From assembly GCA_963514005.1 (NCBI GenBank), contig OY740783.1:92814001-92878000 (forward strand): a stretch of 64,000 nucleotides of DNA, in the 5' to 3' direction. The DNA is from Raja brachyura. Taxonomy: Eukaryota. A model generated the notes under the pieces. That model saw nothing but the letters and a program-made list of their open reading frames with translations. It searched no databases and had not been told where the DNA came from. The translations under genes were made by a program, and so were the position numbers. Of this stretch, positions 51,640-64,000 are shown piece by piece. The first letter of the stretch is position 1, and each line of letters starts with the position of its first letter.

Positions 51640-52025
51640 CACCAGGAGGTTCTGAAGAACAGCATGTTATATTTTGATGGGCAGCTTACAGCCCAGTGAT
51701 ATGAATATTGAATTCTCGAACTTCAAGTAATCCTTGCTTTCATTCTCGCTCCGTCCCTCCCTCACCCCAGTTCTCCGCCTGATTAATTTTGCTGATTGTA
51801 TGCCTCATTGTCACCTTTCCCTCAGCCAACAACGAACCATTCTATATTTCCTTGAGCATTATCTGCTTTGATTAGTCATTTTCACACATTACCCTTCCAT
51901 ATCTCCAGTCGCCCTCTCCCCTGACTCTCAGTCTGAAGAAGGGTCTCGACCCAAATCGCCACCGATTCCTTCTCTCCGGAGATGCTGCCTGTGATGCTGA
52001 GTTGATCCAACATTTTGTGTCTAAT
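51640..52025 (+). mobile_element. Penelope-like 3' fragment, older subfamily
   Basis: GAAGAACAGC..ATATT..TGAATATTGAATTCTC coding end, plus a terminal repeat with a degenerate core at 51933. Confidence 0.8.
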
Positions 52026-52237
52026 TTGGGTCCTGAAGAGAAACTGCCCAAGGAAAGTCAGAGTGGGCAATAAATACCACAACCCAAGCCCCTGGGCACC
52101 AGAATACAGCAATGCTCATGCAATCAATATAAACATAGGCAACTTCAAATGTTCCATCCTACCAACAATACCACTAATCGCACCGTCTGCTCTCTGTATC
52201 GTCCCTTCACTCTACTTATTATACTTGAGTTTGGCGT

Positions 52238-53315
52238 GTCAAGAGTCGAGTCATGTGTTTAGTTGTAATATGTAACAAAATGGAACAATTAAATTCTTAC
52301 TTGCAGCAGCAGAACAGGATTTTAAACACCTTACTCAATAAATACATAATAGTGAAACAAAAAAGTAGTTCAATAAATAAAACAACGTAGTCCAAAACAA
52401 AAAAAATACTGGAATTCCGAGTGCAAACAAGACAGTTTGTAGTTTGGATTTTAGTGGGAGTTTGTAGTGTTCAATAACCTGATAGTTGTTGGGAAGAAGC
52501 TGCCCTGAACCTTGACGTCACAGATTTAAAGTCTGATGCTTTTTTCACAATGGCTTTTTCTTCTTATTGAGTCCACACACAAGATTAGAAGTTGCTCAGC
52601 CTGAGCTGAACACACTTCTCGGTATCTGCACACAATGGTGTCTGTCTTGCACTTCTTGTGCTTCTTGTGTGTGACGGTGGAAAGATTGGTGAAAACAGGG
52701 CCGCGACGTGAACGCTTCTTCCTTGACCCCTTCACAATGGCTGGAATGAAATGAGAGCATGGCCAGTCCTTGATGATGTTGGGTTCCTTTTTGAGGCAAT
52801 AGGTTCCTTCGATGGTTGGGAAATCAGTACCTGGTCATTGCACAACCAGTCGATATGCTGTCCACTGTACACATGCCAAAGTTCTGGAGTATTTGTCGAA
52901 ATACCAAATCTCCTCAAATGTCTGCGAAAGTAGTGGCATTGATGGGTTTTTTTTTATGATTGCAACAATGTGCGTGGTCCAGGGCAGATCTTCAGAGATA
53001 TGCATGCCTAGGAATTTGAAATTTGTTGACTTTGTCAACCTGACCCATTGTTGAAGACAGGCTGGTGGATCTTCAACCTTCCTTTTCTAAAGTCAACAGT
53101 CAGCTCCTCGCTTTTACTGACATTGAGAGCAAGGTTGTTGTTCGGGTACATTCAGTCAGATGATGGGTCTCCTTCCTGTGCTCTGAATCATCATTTCCCA
53201 TAATTCGTCCAACAACGGTGGTGCAATGGGCAAATTAATAAATGGAAATTGTCTGGCTCCATGGTCATGAATATTGAGTGAATTGAGCAGGGGACTGAGC
53301 ACATATTCTTGAGGC
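52238..53315 (-). mobile_element. Decayed Rex1/Babar LINE
   Basis: ORF 52835-53038 has NFKFLGMHISEDL. Interrupted by a 175-bp insert at 52556-52730. Confidence 0.8.
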
Positions 53316-53351
53316 CACAGTACAGTGCCATTTTTTCCCCATTATTTTGAT

Positions 53352-53672
53352 GTGCAGCGGTATAATTGCTGCCTCAAATCACCAGAAACCTGGGTTCGAT
53401 CCCGATGACTATGGGATGACTGAGACTATGACTGTCTGTACGGAGTATGTATGTTCTCCATGTGACTGTGTGGGTTTACTTTGGGTGCTCCGGTTATCTC
53501 CCACACTCCAAAGACATATACTGTAGGTTTGGAGGTTAATTGGCTTTGGTAAAATTGTAAATTACCCTAGTGTGTAGGATAGTGTTAGTGTAAGGGGCGA
53601 TTGCTGGTCAGTAAGGAATTGGCGGGGTGAAGGATCTGTTTCCATACTGTATCCCTAAAGTCTAAAGTGTAA
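53352..53672 (+). mobile_element. HE1-like tRNA-derived V-SINE
   Basis: B-box GGTTCGATCC, V-domain-like GGGTGCTCCGGTT..CTCCCACACTCCAAAGAC, CR1-type tail and (CTAAAGT)n end. Confidence 0.8.
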
Positions 53673-53869
53673 AGATTGTGTTAATATATAATGCTATCTG
53701 AGTTTGATTGGATAGAATGAAAAACAAAGCACTTCACTGCATCTCAGTACACATGACAATAATAAACCTAAAATTAATCCTTTCATCACCTCATCATTTA
53801 CCCAGCAACACTCTTTGTCAATTGGAACTCATTCCTGCCATTCATAATTGAGCAGTACTGAAAATCTAA

Positions 53870-54199
53870 AGGCCCTGTCCCACTTTCCCGCGTTACTCAC
53901 AAATTCTCCTGAGTTTTCCCCTTGATTCGAACTTGGAGAATTACGGTAATAGCCAATCGTAGGTACTCAAGGCTATTTTCTTTAACTCGTGGACATTTTT
54001 CAACATGTTGAAAAAACGTCCCGACTTACCTGATGCCCCAAGTTGCTAAGGCTGGCATTATGAGCCGCTATGGAACATCTACGGACTCCTACGGCCTCCT
54101 AAAAGCTCACTACCGACATTCCCCGACATTCCCCGAGTTCGAATCAAGAGGAAAACTCGGGAGAGTTTGTGAGTAACTCGGGAAAGTGGTACAGGGCCT
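53870..54199. mobile_element. PIF/Harbinger-type MITE (330 bp)
   Basis: Long imperfect TIRs of about 65 bp (AGGCCCTGTCCCACTTTCCCG.. / ..CGGGAAAGTGGTACAGGGCCT). TSD TAA versus TCA. Confidence 0.88.
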
Positions 54200-55903
54200 T
54201 CATTTTTCAGCTTGCACAAATATCCAGCAATTCAACCAGCTCACCAGCCCAAACACATTGCATGATTTTCATTGACAGATGCCCCTCTCTCGTGCAAGGA
54301 TAAAGGATTCACTGCTGAAGATAGTCTCAGGTGACATTTGGTGAAAATATAAATTCATGACCTTATCGCAATGGAGCATGGAGAAGGAACAAATGGTGAT
54401 GGATCACAGAGCTCCAGAGAAGATGTACAAGTTCTGCTGTACATTATACAAATTAGATCCTTGATGATGGATCATACCAAAGATCCAAACAAAAATATGT
54501 TTGACGCATTCTCCCTAAAATAACATCAGCGAGGAGAGAAAGAGATGTAATATTCCATGTCAAGAAACCTTTGTCACAATGGGAAAAGTGAGAAAACAAG
54601 CCTGATTAATTTCAGAGAGGAGTGAAGAGAACAGAGGGAATATCTATGATGGGATGTAGACCCAAATCACCAAGTTAATAACTACTTTAAACATTCCGAC
54701 AGTTGGGGAAAGAAGCGAGGAAAAAAGAAGCAAACTGAAACAAAAGGGTTCAGCTATACTGGTGGAATGATATCATGGTTACATAAAAAAAAATGTTAAA
54801 TTCAATATGAATGACCCAAGAATGCAATGTACCCAGATGAATATGTTCTTTGAGATTTTGTTGTTTATCATTGGAGTAACAAAGAAGGCAGAAGGTAAAA
54901 AATTTTGAATCATTCGATTACAGTGACAGGTCTCTGGATTGACTGAAAACTCAGAGTTGCTCTTGCAGAATGTTTAGGAGTGACCAGATTAGATTTTCCA
55001 CACCAGAGTATTTAAGATGTCTTCCTTTTTCTATAATCCTAGCCTTGCCTGTATTATAGTTGACAGGGCTCTCAACCATGTCTCCTCTGGTTCTTGCACT
55101 TATGCCTTCACTCTCTCCCTCCTTCCAGCCAGAATGTGTATACAATGTCCTTATTCTCACTTTCCAATCTACCACAATTCACATGCAAAAGACAATTTTC
55201 CAAAATTTCTGTCACCTCCAACAGCCTTTCACCAGCAGACACATCATGCTCTCCTCTCTCAGCATTCCAAAGCAATTGCTTCCGATTTCCAGTTATAACC
55301 GATCTCCAGTTATTTTGCTCCATTTCATGAGAAAGAGATTGATGTGGAAGCACAATGAAATTGTTGATGGTTTATGCTCCCGTTTTGTTGTCTGTCAACA
55401 AGTTGTATGAACTTAAACTGGTATTTGAGAGGCAGTTGTTCAAAGTTGTCCTCCAAGGCCATCTTCGCAACTGCTAGGATAGCATTACTTGGAACATTTG
55501 GAAGGCAAGCCACATGAAAATTAGGCAAGGGAAATTAATTAATATTTCAATAGAATTTTGGAAATGTATTGCTGTTCAGATTTGGTTTGGAATGCTTACA
55601 TTATATCGACTTTTACATTTGTAATATAATTAAATAGATGCTGTAATATTCTGTAGTTATACAAAAGTAGAGCAGGCTAAATGGAGAAATAGTGTTTCAT
55701 TGACTGGAACAAAGGTCAGGTGAACACGTCATAGCGAGCTCATGCAAAAAGAATTTGCCTGGATGTTACCATGACTCGAGAGCTGAGCTAAAGCAACAGG
55801 TTGGGCAGGCTAGCTCCTTGGAGCACAGGAAGTTCCTTGGACCACAGGCTAATTCCTTGGAGCACAGGAAGCTAAGAGGTGATCTTATAGGGGTGCACAA
55901 AAT

Positions 55904-58900
55904 CATAGAAACATAGAAACATAGAAAAATAGGTGCAGGAGTACGCCAATCGGCCCTTCGAGCCTGCACCGCCATTCAATGTGATCATGGCTGATCATCC
56001 AACTCAGTATCCCGTACCTGCCTTTTCTCCATACCCCCTGATCCCTTTAGCCACAAGTGCCACATTTAACGCCCTCTTAAATATAGCCAATGAACTGGCC
56101 TCAACTACCTTGTGTGGCAGAGAATTCCAGAGACTCACCACTCTCTGTGTAAAGAATGTTTTCCTCATCTCGGTCCTAAAGAAATTCTCCCTTATCCTTA
56201 GACTGTGACCCCTTGTTCTGGACTCCCACAACATCGAGAACAATCTTCGAGCATCTAGCTTGTCCAACCCCTTAAGAATTTTGTAAGTTTCTATAAGATC
56301 CCCCTCAACCTTCTAAATTCCAGCGAGTACAAGCCGAGTCTATCCAATCTTTCCTCATATGAAAGTCCTGACATCCCAGGAATCAGTCTGGTGAATCTTC
56401 TCTGTACCCCCTCTATGGCAAGGATGTCTTTCCTCAGATTTGGAGACCAAAACTGTACGCAATACTCCAGGTGTGGCCTCACCAAAACCCTGTACAACTG
56501 CAGTAGAACCTCCCTGCTCCTATACTCAAATCCTTTCGCTAAGAATGCTAACATACCATTTGCTTGTTTCACTGCCTGCTGCACCTGCATGCCTACTAAA
56601 ATGACTGGTGTACCATGACACCCAGGTCTCGTTGCATCTCCCCTTTTCCTAATTTGCCGCCATTCAGATAATAGTCTACCCTCATGTTTTTGCCACCAAA
56701 GTGGATAACCTCACATTTATCCACATTATACTGCATCTGCCATGCATCTGCCCATTCACTCAGCCTATCCAAATCACCCTGCAGCCTCCAAGCATCCTCC
56801 TCACACCTAACTATACCCCCCAACTTGGTGTCATCTGCAAATTTGGAGATGTTGCATTGAATTCCCTCGTCCAAATCATTAATATATATTGTAAATAGCT
56901 GGGGTCCCAGCATTGAGCCTTGCGGTACCCCACTAGTCACTGCCTGCCATTCTGAAAAGGACTTGTTTTCTCCTACCCTTTGCCTCCTGTCTGCTAGCCA
57001 GTTCTCTATCCACATCAATACTGAACCCCCAATACCGTGTGCTTTAAGTTTGTATGCTAATCTCTTATGCGGGACCTTGTCGAAAGCCTTCTGAAAGTCT
57101 AGATATAACACATCCTCTGGTTCTCCCTTATCCACTCTACTAGTTACATCCTCGAAAAATTCTATCAGATTTGTCAGACATGATTTACCTTTCATAAATC
57201 CATGCTGACTTTGCCGATGATTTTACCACTTTCCAAATGCGCTGCTATCCCATCTTTAATAACTGACTCTAGCAGTTTCCCCACTACCGATGTTAGACTA
57301 ACTGGTCTGTAATTCCCCGCTTTCTCTCTCCCTCCTTTTTAAAAAAGTGGAATTACATTAGCTACCCTCCAATCCTCAGGAACTACTCCAGAATCTAAGG
57401 AATTTTGAAAAATCACTAATGCATCCACTATTTTTGTGGCTACCTCCTTGAGTACTCTGGGATGCAGACTATCTGGCCCTGGGGATTTATCGGCCTTCAA
57501 TCCGTTCAATTTACCCAACACCACCTCCCGGCTAACCTGGATTTCACTCAGTTCCTCCATCTTATTTGACCCCCGTTCCACTGCTATTTCCGGCAGATTA
57601 TTTATGTCCTCCTTAGTGAAGACAGACCCAAAGTAGTTATTCAATTGGTCTGCCATGTCCTTGTTCCCCATGATCAATTCACCTGTTTCTGACTGCAAGG
57701 GACCAACATTTGTTTTAACTAGTCTCTTTCTCTTCACATATCTATAAAAACTTTTGCAGTCAGTTTTTATGTTCCCTGCCAGTTTCCTTTCATAATCTAT
57801 TTTCCCTTTCCTAATTAAGCCCTTTGTCCTCCTCTGCTGGATTCTGAATTTCTCCCAGTCCTCCGGTAGGCTGCTTTTTCTGGCAAATTTGTATGCCTCA
57901 TCTTTTCTTTTTATACTATCCCTGATTTCCCTTGTTATCCATGGATGCACCACCTTCCCCGATTTATTCTTTTGCCAAACTGGTATGAACAATTTTTGTA
58001 CTTCACACATGCAGTCTTTAAATACCTTCCATTGCACATCCACTGTCAACCCTTTAAGAATCACCTGCCAGTCTATCTTGGCCAATTCACATCTCATACC
58101 TTCAAAGTTACCTTTGTTCAAGTTCAGAACCCTTGTTTCTGACTTAATTTTGTCACTCTCCATCCTAATGAAGAACTCAACCATATTATGGCCACTCTTG
58201 CCCAAGGGGCCACGCACAACAAGACTGCTAACTAACCCTTCCTCATTACTCAATACCCAGTCTAGAATAGCCTGCTCTCTCATTGGTTCCTCCACATGTT
58301 GGTTGAGAAAACTATCCCGCATACATTCCAAGAAATTCTCTTCCTCAGCACCCCTGCCAATTTGATTCACCCAATCTACATGCAGATTGAAGTCACCCAT
58401 TACAATCGTGTTACCCTTGTTGCACGCATTTTTAATTTCCTGTTTGATGCCATCCCCAACTCCAATACTACTGTTAGGTGGCCTGTACACAGCTCCCACT
58501 AGCGTTTTCTGCCCCTTAGAGTTTCGCAGCTCTACACATATCGATTCCACATCCTCCACGCTAATGTCCTTCCTTTCTATTGCATTAATCTCCTCTCTCA
58601 CCAGCAACGCTACCCCACCTCCTTTTCCTTTTCGTCTATCCCTCCTGAATATTGAATATCCCTGGATGTTCAGCTCCCAGCCTTGGTCCTCCTGGAGCCA
58701 CGTCTCGGTGATCCCAACTATAGCATAGTCATTAATCGCTATCTGCACCTTCAACTCATCCACCTTATTACGAATGCTCCTCGCATTGAGACACAAAGCC
58801 TTCAGGCTTGTTTTTACAACACTCTTACTCCTTATACAATTATGTTGACAAGTGGCCCCTTTCACATCGATCCCTATTACACTTGGCCATACTCTCCTAT

Positions 58901-59087
58901 CCCTTTGTGAGCTTTCTTTCCCATTAATTCTGGGGTCATTAACCATCCCTTTACTCTCTTTCCCTTTAACTCCATCCTCGACTATCCCATTTGACACCCC
59001 ACCCCCCTTATTCAGTTTAAAACCATCCGTGTAGCAGTGGCAAACCTGCCAGCCAGAATGCTGGTCCCCCACCTGTTAAGATGCAAT
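55904..59087 (-). mobile_element. CR1 (HER1-like) LINE with near-complete frameshifted ORF2, nested in an older plus-strand CR1 fragment
   Basis: ORF 57339-59072 has APE motifs (NARS, GITETW, YRPP, MGDFN, LDWV). RT motifs include YLDFQKAFD, GVPQGS and KFADD. (TTTCTATG)n tail at 55904-55926. The host fragment resumes near 59112. Confidence 0.96.
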
Positions 59088-59870
59088 GGGTGGTGGGGGG
59101 TGGGGGGGGGGTGGGTAGACAGGATGAATGCACAGTCCTTTTACCTGGAGTGGGGGAATCAAGGGTCAGAGGACATAGGTTTAAAATGAGAGAGGGAAAA
59201 TGTAATAGAAACCTGTGAAACCACATTTTCACACAGAGGGTAGTGAGTACCTGGAGCAAGTTGCCAGAGGGTAATTGAGGAAGATTCTGGACCAATATTC
59301 CAAATTCATTTGGACAGGTACATGTCCAGGAAAGGTTGAGAGAGATATGGGCCAATTACAGGCACATGGGATTAGCAATGATGGGGAATCTTGGTTGACA
59401 TGGACAGGTTGGAATGAAGTGCGAGTTTCCATGACTCTTGATTGCCTGGAATTCACTGGAATTTAGAAGGATGAGAGGCTATCTTACAGAAACATATAAA
59501 ATTCCAAAAGGATTGTACAGGCTAGATGCAGGAAACATTTTCCTGATGATAGGGGAGTCCACAAATGAAGTGCGAGTTTCCATGACTCTTGATTGCCTTC
59601 TCTCTTCCTCATCTCTTTCCTTCATCTCCTTACTCTTTTATTCACCTTTGCTCTTCCTTCTCCTGCTCCTTGACTGCATCCCAACCTTCCGTTTGCCATA
59701 AGGCTTATGTTGAGGACTGAAGTGTAATTATAACAAGGTGGTGACATGTGATCAGGGTACCATGACATTACACAGGTATTATAGACTGTAGTTCAGGGAT
59801 CCTGCAGAGTGGTCCAGGCACAGGAAAGGTTGTTTCAACATGCCATTTCTTGGCTCCATAATATTTTATA

Positions 59871-60516
59871 GAAAGCTAATGGCATATTGGCCTTCATTGA
59901 GAGTTTAGGAGCAAAGAGGTCCTACAGCAGTTGTACAGGGCACTGGTGAGACTGCACCTGGAGTATTATGTGCAATTTTGATCTCCTAATTTGAGGAAGG
60001 ACAATATTGCTATTGGGGGAGTGCAGTGTAGGTTCACCAGGTTAATTCCCGGGAACGTGGGACTGACATATTATGAAAGAATGGGTCGACTGGGCTTCTA
60101 TTCACTGGAATTTAGAAGGATGAGAGGCTATCTTACAGAAACATATAAAATTCCAAAAGGATTGTACAGGCTAGATGCAGGAAACATTTTCCTGATGATA
60201 GGGGAGTCCACAAACAGGGGTCACAGTTTAGGAATAAGGGGTATGCCATTTAGGACTAAGATGAGGAAAAACATTTCACCCAGAGAGTTGTGAATCTGTG
60301 GAATTCTCTGCCACAGAACATAGTGAGGCAAACTCTGTGGATGTTTTCAAGAGAGAGTTAGATTTAGCTGTTAGGGCTAAAAGAATCAGGGGATATGGGG
60401 AAAATGCAGGAATGGGATACTAATTTTAGATGATCAGCCATAATCATATTGAATGGCAGTGCTGGCTCAAAGGCCCAAATGGCCTGCTCTTGCACTTATT
60501 TTTCTATGTTTCTGTG
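59871..60516 (+). mobile_element. CR1 (HER1-like) 3' fragment
   Basis: ORF 59991 (RFTRLIPG, YSLEFRRMRG) and a TTTCTATG tail. Confidence 0.9.
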
Positions 60517-62094
60517 ACCAAATATTTTTTTTTGCTAATGTGTGCACGGGTTTCTCAATGAAGTAATCTACCATTTCATCAGAGGTTAGTCCTTATTGTA
60601 CATTAAACACCTCTTGGTTTGCCATGGTGCTCAACTGCAAATGGCACAGCAGAATGCCATGCATGTAAGGCATCATGCCCATTAATATGAAGATGAACAT
60701 TGGGTGTTACTGACAAAGAGTTATTGTTCATTTAGCTAATGTATTAACTTAGTAGTTACTTGCTTGTGCAAAAGCTATCAGTTGAATCTGAGAGGAAATG
60801 TTAACAATCAAACTGTTGTATTCCCTCAAGACCTATAATTTGCAGGAAATTAGAGAAAGGGAGTTAAAATAATAGCATATGGTTTATGATCCAGAAAGTT
60901 TCAATATTTTAACGAAACAAGGGGGAGCGAATAAATTGAGTATATCAGATTCCAGTAATGATTAGTATTTTATTGTATGAATGAATCACAATTCCAAGCA
61001 AATGACAAATATTTTGCAATATGCAATATTCACTTATATTAATTTGCTTTGCAGGAGTGTTTAAAAAGATACTCATTGTAAATGTTCTGCTTTGTCTTGA
61101 AGTACATGTCCCTTTTAGGCATTCAAATTTGTGATTAATAGAATTTGAGCTGAATTCAAAAAACTGAATTTCAGCTCTTTGCAAATAATTATTCTCTTTG
61201 AATACAGTGTCAAGTATACAGTTGATCACCACAAAATAAATCTGATGAGTGGATTCAAAATGTCTTGGGTTATATTTTGCATAACATTGTAAAACAATTG
61301 GACAGCTCATTCTTTTCTATTGTTCTGATATGGATTATTCTATTGTGCATTCTTCATTATGAGTTATATAAAATCAAATCCTTATTTAAACCTGTTAACA
61401 TATCTGGGCACTAAGGATGAGAAGCAATCATGGAAAGCTAAAGCTCAGTCCATGCTGTTATTTCAAAATACCTAGTCTGAAGCATCATCTAAATCCTAGG
61501 CTACTGGTGATAGGGATTTGCGGTGGCTTACAATATTGGAATTGTGTACATTTGTCAATGAATGTTGTGTGCTTATTTTTTACATTACAAGTTTGGAGTG
61601 GAAATCTGGAGCCCAGTTGGATACAGAATTACCAAAGTTTCTGTTGCATTGTCTGAAGTCAAAGTCCAGAAAAAAAAACAGTTTAAAATAAAATCAAAGA
61701 ATGATGGCAACACTCAAGAGCTCAGGCAACATCTCTGAATGATTGTCTTTTTGATAAAATGGCTCCAATCTGGATACTTAAATCAGTTCCTCCATTCACA
61801 GATGTTAGCTGACTTGCTAAGTCTTTTCAGATTTCCACCATCTGCAACTTATTCACTTTTCAGAAACATATCTGTTTATTTGATTGGTTAAATAATCGGC
61901 TGTTGCATCTTTATGTGAGATAAGTAGCCTTGATTTTATTTTCAGGCATATCGACAGGACAGATAATCCAGGGGATATAAACTTGTTCTTTTGGTTGCTG
62001 AGATCAATTTCATTGATATAGATATTCCCTGATATTGGCCGTAATTGGAAATATTTTTTGGTCAACTGTTTCACATTATATGTAGAGTAATGGC

Positions 62095-64000
62095 ATTGGA
62101 AAGCACAGATACAAACCTTTAGTCCACCACAACTGTCCAATTTACCATAATTTCATTCACCCACATTAGCCCTATATCCTCCTATACTTTGCCTATTTCA
62201 ATGCCTACCTTAATATTTCTTAACTGTAAAGATCGTATCTGACTTCACCACTTCTTCTGGCAGCAAGTTCCAAAGGTTACACAAAAAGCTGGAGAAACTC
62301 AGCGGGTGCAGCAGCATCTAAGGAGCGAAGGAGATAGGCGACGTTTCGGGTCGAGACCCTTCTTCAGACCCTTCTTAGATGCTGCTGCACCCGCTGAGTT
62401 TCTCCAGCTTTTTGTGTAACCCTCGATTCTCCAGCATCTGCAGTTCCTTCTTTAACAAGTTCCAAAGGTTGATTGCTCTAAGTGTTAAAATTCCTTCCTC
62501 TAACCTTGAATCAATGGTCTTTTATTTTTGACACTCTGAACATGGGCAAAGGATTCTGACTATTTACCCAATTCTTAGAATTCTTAGCATTTTAAAGACC
62601 TCTATCAGGTCAGCCCCAGTATCTTTCTCACCAGGGAAAATAAGTCAAACCTATTTGATGTTTCATATCTAATGCCTTCAATTCAATTCAATTCAATTCA
62701 ATCTTTAATTGTCATTGTGCAGTGTACAATACAGAGACAATGAAATGCAGTTGGTATCTCCGATTCCAGGAACATCTCGGCATACCTCCCCTGCACTCTT
62801 TTCAACATGGTGACCAGAACTGCTCAATCAGTACTCTAAGTGTGCTCTGACATGTTTTATAAAGTTACATCTTAATATCCCAGCATTATATCCCATATTT
62901 CAACCAATGAAAGCAGACTTGCCTTATGCCTTTTTCACTGCTGCCACTATCAGGGAACTATGGACTTGAACCATGTTTCCATTATTCATTGGCATTCCTT
63001 AGCACCTTACTATTCACACTATATGCCCTAGCTCTATTTGACTTACAAACATGCGTCACCTCACATTTGTCAGGGAATAATTCCATCTGCTAATACTCAC
63101 TCATCTTTCCACCTGATCCATATCCTGCTGTAGCAACAACCTGGCTAATGTACTACCACATCACCAATTTTTATGTATTCCGCAAACATACTAATCATAT
63201 TTCCTATATTCATGTACAAGTTGTTAATATTAGGACAAACATTGTGGGTCCCAGCACCCGTCTCTACAGTACAACAGGTGTTAATCAGAAAAAAGTCCTT
63301 GCACCACCATCCTCTACTATCACCAAACCAATTTTGAAACTAATTAACTAGCTCATCTTGGATCCCATGTGCCTTAATCATCTGGACCAGCCTACAATGC
63401 ATGACATTGTCAACTATCAGTAACGTCCATACACGCTAAGTCTACCATCCTTCCTTCATCAATTTTCTTAATTACTTTTTCAAAAAAATTGAATATGAGA
63501 CACAATTTCCCCATTCAAAACATGCTAACAGCCCCTGCTTTTCCAAATGCAAATAAAGCCTATTCCTCATGATTAACTCCGGCATTTTCTCTCTCACTAA
63601 TATAACGTTCACAAGCCTGTAAATACCTGGCTTTACCCTGTTGCCTCATTTAAATAAAGGAACAACATTAGCTACCTTCCAGACTTTGGTCACCTCATCT
63701 GTGGCTAATGAAATGCAATGACTCTTCTGAGGGCCCAGCTATCTCCTTCCTTGCTTCTCATAGCAATCTAGGATGTTTGAAGAAGGGTCTCCACCTGAAA
63801 CGTTATCCATTCCTTCTATCCAGAGTCTGCCTGTCACGCCGAGTTACTCTGTCATTTTGCGTCTATCTTTAGGATAGATCTCAAGTGGGCTTGGTGATTT
63901 GGTAACCCTTATGTGTTCTATGACATCTAACACCTCTCACTTTTACTAAGGACATGCTCCAGATTATCAATAAACCCTATCTGAACTCATTGTCATCCAT
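62095..64000 (-). mobile_element. Old decayed CR1 LINE hosting several small insertions
   Basis: Degenerate reverse-complement CR1 RT and 3' UTR. Interrupted by the 62279 element, a (TTCAA)n Rex1-type tail near 62677 and a Penelope terminal repeat at about 63775-63870. Confidence 0.7.
62279..62455. mobile_element. Young fold-back Penelope mini-element with a hammerhead-like core in the loop
   Basis: 15-bp TSD CAAGTTCCAAAGGTT (62264-62278 and 62456-62470). Perfect 48-bp inverted arms at 62275-62322 and 62374-62421. Minus-strand core at 62340-62367. Confidence 0.9.

Noticed and set aside
53352-53410. tRNA-like B-box
   Set aside because: It is the head of an HE1-like SINE, with no full cloverleaf.
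55810-55872. Short tandem duplications (also 19147-19196 and 49995-50038)
   Set aside because: Ordinary slippage within decayed repeats.
57436-59034. Plus-strand ORFs of 60-158 aa
   Set aside because: They are antisense shadows of CR1 ORF2. The same applies to the shadow ORFs over the Penelope and Rex1 copies.

Overview
This is eukaryotic, transposon-rich genomic DNA, most likely from a cartilaginous fish (skate or ray). That call is inferred from an HE1-like V-SINE, HER1-like CR1 LINEs and a decayed DeuSINE. I recognise no host protein-coding exon, and every recognisable protein ORF belongs to a retroelement: Penelope-like elements (RT plus GIY-YIG), CR1 (APE plus RT) and Rex1/Babar LINEs. 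The window also holds non-autonomous PIF/Harbinger, hAT and Helitron elements. A repeat-poor CpG-rich island at about 39-40.8 kb looks like a promoter, and several minus-strand exon-like segments may belong to a non-coding or 5'UTR transcript. The most notable observations are: (1) a dozen or more Penelope terminal-repeat copies carrying a minimal hammerhead-ribozyme core (CTGAAGA...GAAACGTC), including very small TSD-flanked and fold-back insertions; (2) two Harbinger-type elements with the same ends but unrelated cargo; (3) a Penelope copy with L1-like twin-priming geometry; (4) a clean templated-insertion scar; (5) a duplicated exon-like unit. Family names come from motif recognition, not database searches.
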